From NCBI GenBank assembly GCA_963764725.1, contig CAVXTM010000006.1:1-46582 (forward strand): DNA of 46,582 bases, read 5' to 3'. The number at the start of each line of letters is the position of its first letter. The first letter of the stretch is position 1. Position numbers and translations under genes: made by a program. The stretch is from an uncultured Gammaproteobacteria bacterium (GTDB taxonomy: Bacteria; Pseudomonadota; Gammaproteobacteria; JACCXJ01). The notes under the pieces were generated by a model. It was not told where the DNA came from and did not search any database. It was given only the letters and a program-made list of their open reading frames with translations. Below, one piece after another: positions 43,041 to 46,582 of this stretch.

Positions 43041-44621
43041 TTACAAACTGACTTGAAATACCTGGTGGATGGCCAGGAGCTGCGCGATTCGATCGCGCGT
43101 CGTTTGCGGTAACGGCCGCGAGATCCCGATCACCGCGATTGCCTCGGGGCCCTGTGCGATGCCGACCTGCATGCGTGAGATGTTGACATTATCCTGGCCG
43201 AGCAAGGTACCCAAGGCCCCGATCACGCCTGGACGATCCTCGTGGCGCGTGATTAATAAGGTCCCCTCGAGCACGGTTTCCACTTCGTAGTCGTCGATGC
43301 GGACGAGACGGAGGTGTCTGTCACCGATCAGCGTGCCCGCGACCGAGGTTGATCCGCCGTCGTAGTGTCCCGCCGCGGTGATTAGCGACACATATTCCTC
43401 GGTCTCCTCGGAGCGGCTTTCGACTAGCGAGATCCCCTGACGGTGCGCGAGATGACACGCGTTTACGCGATTCACCGGGATTGAGAGCTCGCTTTCCAGT
43501 AGACCGACCAGGAGCTCGCTTGACAGCGGCCGCGAATCGAGCTCGGCCGCGCGCCCCCTTAATGTTACCTCGACCCGGGTCAAGGGCTGCGAGGCTAAGG
43601 CCGCCAGCACCCTCCCGAGGCGGCGGGCCAGCGCCAGATAAGGGTGCAAGCGCTTGAGATCCTCGGCCGGGATCCGGGGTAGGTTGACTGCGTTGATCGC
43701 CTCTCCGGTTTCCAGAAATTGCGCGACTTGCTTGGCGATGGCGAGACCCGCAGCGATTTGAGCCTCAGCCGTGGAGGCGCCAAGATGTGGTGTTAGCACG
43801 ATTTTGGGATGTTCGATGAGAGGTGATCCGAGCGGGGGTTCTCGCTCAAAGACGTCCAACGCGGCGCCGGCGAGCTTCCCCTTGTCCAAGGCCTCGAGCA
43901 GCGCCGCCTCGTCAACCAGGCCGCCGCGGGCACAATTGATGAGCCGCGCGCCCCCCCGCATGCGCGCCAAGCGCTCGGCGTTGATGAGACCGCGAGTCTT
44001 GTCGTTGAGGGGACAATGTAGGCTCACATAGTCGGATTGTTCGAGCAGTTCCTGGAGCGCGATCGCTTCGACGCCTTCGTGCAGCATCACCTCGTGCGTC
44101 ACCATGGGATCGTAAGCGATGACGCGCATCTTGAGCCCGAGACAGCGTGACGCTACCACCCGCCCAATGGCGCCGAAGCCGATGATCCCTATGGTCTTGC
44201 CGGCGACCTCCGTGCCCATGAATTGGGTTCGTTTCCACTCCGTGGCGCGCACGGATCGATCGGCTTGCGGGAGATGGCGACTGAGCGACAAGAGATGCGC
44301 GACCGTTAACTCGGCAGTGGTCGTGGCGTTGGCATCTGGGGTGTTCAACACCACGATCCCGCGTTCGGTGGCCGCGCCGACATCGATATTGTCTACCCCA
44401 ATCCCCGCCCGGCCGATCACCTTGAGCCGCGGCGCTTTGGCTAGGAGCGCCCCGGTCACGCGCGTCGCGCTACGCACAATCAAAGCATCGCAACCTTGGA
44501 GCCGTGCGGAGAGATCGGCATAATCCGATCCGCTGGGAGCATCCACTTCGATCCCGGGACGCGACCTAAGGTAAGCAATGCCGTCCGGCGCGATCGCTTC
44601 GGCGATGAGCACCCGCGTCAT
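43041..44621 (-). CDS. serA: D-3-phosphoglycerate dehydrogenase (long form with ASB+ACT)
   Basis: RAGIGVDNID, GFGAIG, NCARGG, TPHLGAST, DRPGVIG. ATG at 44621 overlaps the serC TGA. Confidence 0.95.
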   Translation of the reverse strand: MTRVLIAEAIAPDGIAYLRSRPGIEVDAPSGSDYADLSARLQGCDALIVRSATRVTGALLAKAPRLKVIGRAGIGVDNIDVGAATERGIVVLNTPDANATTTAELTVAHLLSLSRHLPQADRSVRATEWKRTQFMGTEVAGKTIGIIGFGAIGRVVASRCLGLKMRVIAYDPMVTHEVMLHEGVEAIALQELLEQSDYVSLHCPLNDKTRGLINAERLARMRGGARLINCARGGLVDEAALLEALDKGKLAGAALDVFEREPPLGSPLIEHPKIVLTPHLGASTAEAQIAAGLAIAKQVAQFLETGEAINAVNLPRIPAEDLKRLHPYLALARRLGRVLAALASQPLTRVEVTLRGRAAELDSRPLSSELLVGLLESELSIPVNRVNACHLAHRQGISLVESRSEETEEYVSLITAAGHYDGGSTSVAGTLIGDRHLRLVRIDDYEVETVLEGTLLITRHEDRPGVIGALGTLLGQDNVNISRMQVGIAQGPEAIAVIGISRPLPQTTRDRIAQLLAIHQVFQVSL

Positions 44622-45796
44622 TTCCTGATCTCGATTGCGGTTGCCTGCAGCACTCGATACCCCCATTCCAACCACGGGAGCACCGCCACGAGGTCCGTGG
44701 TTTCCACCGTGGCCCCACACCAGATGCGAATACCCGGGGGCGCGTTCCGGTGAGCAGCGATGTCGAAGGCGACACCCTCGGCCTCCAGCAAGCTGCAAAG
44801 ATCATGTACAAGCTCCCAGCGCTTTGGATCCGGCTGCTCAGTGAACCACGGGGCCGTGATCTTCAGGCATACAGAAGTCGTCGAGCGCGTGGCGGGTAGC
44901 GTGGCCAGAAAGTCAATCCACGGGGTCCGTTCCACCCACGCGGCGAGCGCAGCGAAGTTTTGGGAGCAACGTTGCATCAACGCAGGCTGGCCCCCGGCCA
45001 TTTCTGCCCAGCGCAACGCGTCTAGATAGTCTTCCACGCAGAGCAGCGAGGGCGTGTTGGTCGCGCCGCCGCTAAAAATATCCTCATTGATCCGGCCTCT
45101 GCTCTTGAGGCTCAACACCTTCGGAACGGGCCACGGAGGTGTGTATTCCTCCAGCCTGCTGACCGCGCGCGGGCTCAACACGATCATGCCGTGCTGAGCC
45201 TCGCCGCCGAGCACCTTCTGCCACGAGAACGTGGTCACATCGAGCTTGGGCCAGGGGAGATCGACCGAGAATACGGCCGAGGTAGCGTCGCAGACGGTGA
45301 GCCCAGTGCGCGCATCGGCGATCCAGTCACCATTGGGCACCTTGACTCCCGAGGTCGTGCCGTTCCAGACGAACACGACGTCACGATCGAAGTCAACTTC
45401 GGTGAGATCGGGCAGCGCGCCGTAATCGGCGCTCAGGCAGCGAACGTCCTGGATCCGCAACTCATCGACTATTTCCCGCTGCCAGCTGTGTCCGAAGCTA
45501 TCCCAGCCGAGACAATCCACGCCCCGCGCCCCGAGCAACGACCACAACGCCGCTTCCACGGCCCCCGTATCCGAAGCCGGGACGAGGCCGATGCGGTAAC
45601 CGTCCGGCAATCGCAAGAGCGAACGTGTACGCTCCAAGACTTCCGTAAGCTTAGCCTTGCCCGCGCGAGATCGGTGTGAACGGCCGGTAGCGGCGCCCGC
45701 CAGTACCTCCGGGCTCCAACCGGGCCGTTTGGCGCAAGGCCCCGAAGAGAAAAACGGTCGCGTCGGGCGTATGGCGGGTCGCATTCGGGTCAACAA
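44618..45796 (-). CDS. serC: Phosphoserine aminotransferase (Methanosarcina/alphaproteobacterial type)
   Basis: FSSGPCAKRPGW, GRSHR, SDTGAVE, WNGTTSGV, FSWQK, NTPS, RIWCGAT. Confidence 0.92.
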   Translation of the reverse strand: MLTRMRPAIRPTRPFFSSGPCAKRPGWSPEVLAGAATGRSHRSRAGKAKLTEVLERTRSLLRLPDGYRIGLVPASDTGAVEAALWSLLGARGVDCLGWDSFGHSWQREIVDELRIQDVRCLSADYGALPDLTEVDFDRDVVFVWNGTTSGVKVPNGDWIADARTGLTVCDATSAVFSVDLPWPKLDVTTFSWQKVLGGEAQHGMIVLSPRAVSRLEEYTPPWPVPKVLSLKSRGRINEDIFSGGATNTPSLLCVEDYLDALRWAEMAGGQPALMQRCSQNFAALAAWVERTPWIDFLATLPATRSTTSVCLKITAPWFTEQPDPKRWELVHDLCSLLEAEGVAFDIAAHRNAPPGIRIWCGATVETTDLVAVLPWLEWGYRVLQATAIEIRK

Positions 45797-45939
45797 TTGC
45801 CGCAGTGCACAAAGGCATCATTCTAGCGAGTAAACTCGCCACGTCAACAAGCTCGAGTCGTTCTTGAGAGCTTCTCGGGAAATTGTGCATGAATCTACCG
45901 GAGATCCCGAATCGCTGCGTCGCATGCTCGCTCGCGGAT

Positions 45940-46582
45940 CTTCCCCCGATGATTCGTAGGTAAGCCCGAAGACCGTGTCGGTCATCCACCGCGGAACGAC
46001 TCGTTGTCCATGAACTGCTTGAAGAGCTCCGTATCGTCCTTCAGCACCGCCGTCATCACGCGCGCGAGCGCCTTGTCGTGCTCGATGCGAGCGTTCTGCT
46101 TATCCGAGTTCTTCTTCGCGTTCTGGTAGGCCGTATCGGCTGCGACGCGATTCGGGATGTCCTCGGTGATCAGTTTGTGCACGCGGTCGGCGTCAGTCCA
46201 CGGGATGTTGCCGAACTGGTCGTTGAAGGTCTTGAGGATGTTCGAGAGGCGGTCGAGCTTCGGTTCGGGCTTGCGTCCGCCGCCAGCGGCCGGGACCGGC
46301 TCGATCTCCGCGTCCGTGTCCGGGAGCTGAATCTCGCCGCGCCGCTTCTCGACCCGGTAGCTGTCCATGTCGATCGCGAAACTCCGCCCGCGGTGCTCGC
46401 TGCCGATCTCGTCCAAGATGAACGGGAACTTCTGCACCGTGGAGATGATAATCTTCTTTCCCTGCGGCGATGAACCTGCGCAGATCGCCGGAATGCTCGG
46501 CGTGGCCCATAATCGCGCCCACCTGCGCGAACTGCTTGATGGTGTCCTTGATCTGCTGGTCGAAGGTGCCGGTCGGTGACCA
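45940..46582 (-). pseudogene. hsdR: Type I restriction enzyme R subunit remnant (large internal deletion, several frameshifts; runs off the window)
   Basis: VTDR...DQQIKDTIKQF, IIISTVQKFPFIL..HRGRSFAI are joined directly to the C-terminal DMDSYRVEK...LSNILKTFNDQFG...ELFKQFMDNESF; no DEAH motif. Confidence 0.75.

Noticed and set aside
44622-44798. N-terminal extension of serA in the ORF track
   Set aside because: It overlaps the serC 3' end; the ATGA overlap at 44618-44621 gives a standard start.

Overview
GC-rich bacterial window; gene content points to an uncultured-type Gammaproteobacterium (inference). It has three zones. (1) 1-21.9 kb is an accessory, partly decayed region. It holds several frameshifted or IS-interrupted genes and a LexA-headed DNA-repair cassette: lexA divergent from a YprA/MrfA-type DUF1998 helicase, a YprB/MrfB-type exonuclease, dinB and a GNAT, with a perfect GTTC-N7-GTTC box in the 69-bp spacer. 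It also holds an ICE remnant integrated at a tRNA-Arg(UCG) gene: a PFGI-1/ICEclc-like parB-DUF2857-STY4528 module under a lambda-like CI/Cro switch whose repressor appears non-cleavable, plus DUF4224-integrase. An ISKra4-type IS splits parB, and an internally deleted IS3 element splits a YbhB gene. (2) 22-45.8 kb is intact housekeeping DNA: an APC permease, exbBD-like genes, an L,D-transpeptidase-SPOR fusion, a cupredoxin, the yceD-rpmF-plsX-fabH-fabG-acpP-fabF-pabC-mltG-tmk-holB-pilZ-tatD cluster lacking fabD, a DHS-like/speA/aguB polyamine operon, pagL and a serC-serA-serB operon. (3) The right edge is a collapsed type I restriction hsdR pseudogene. All protein assignments come from motif recognition by eye, and single-base frameshifts could be assembly errors.
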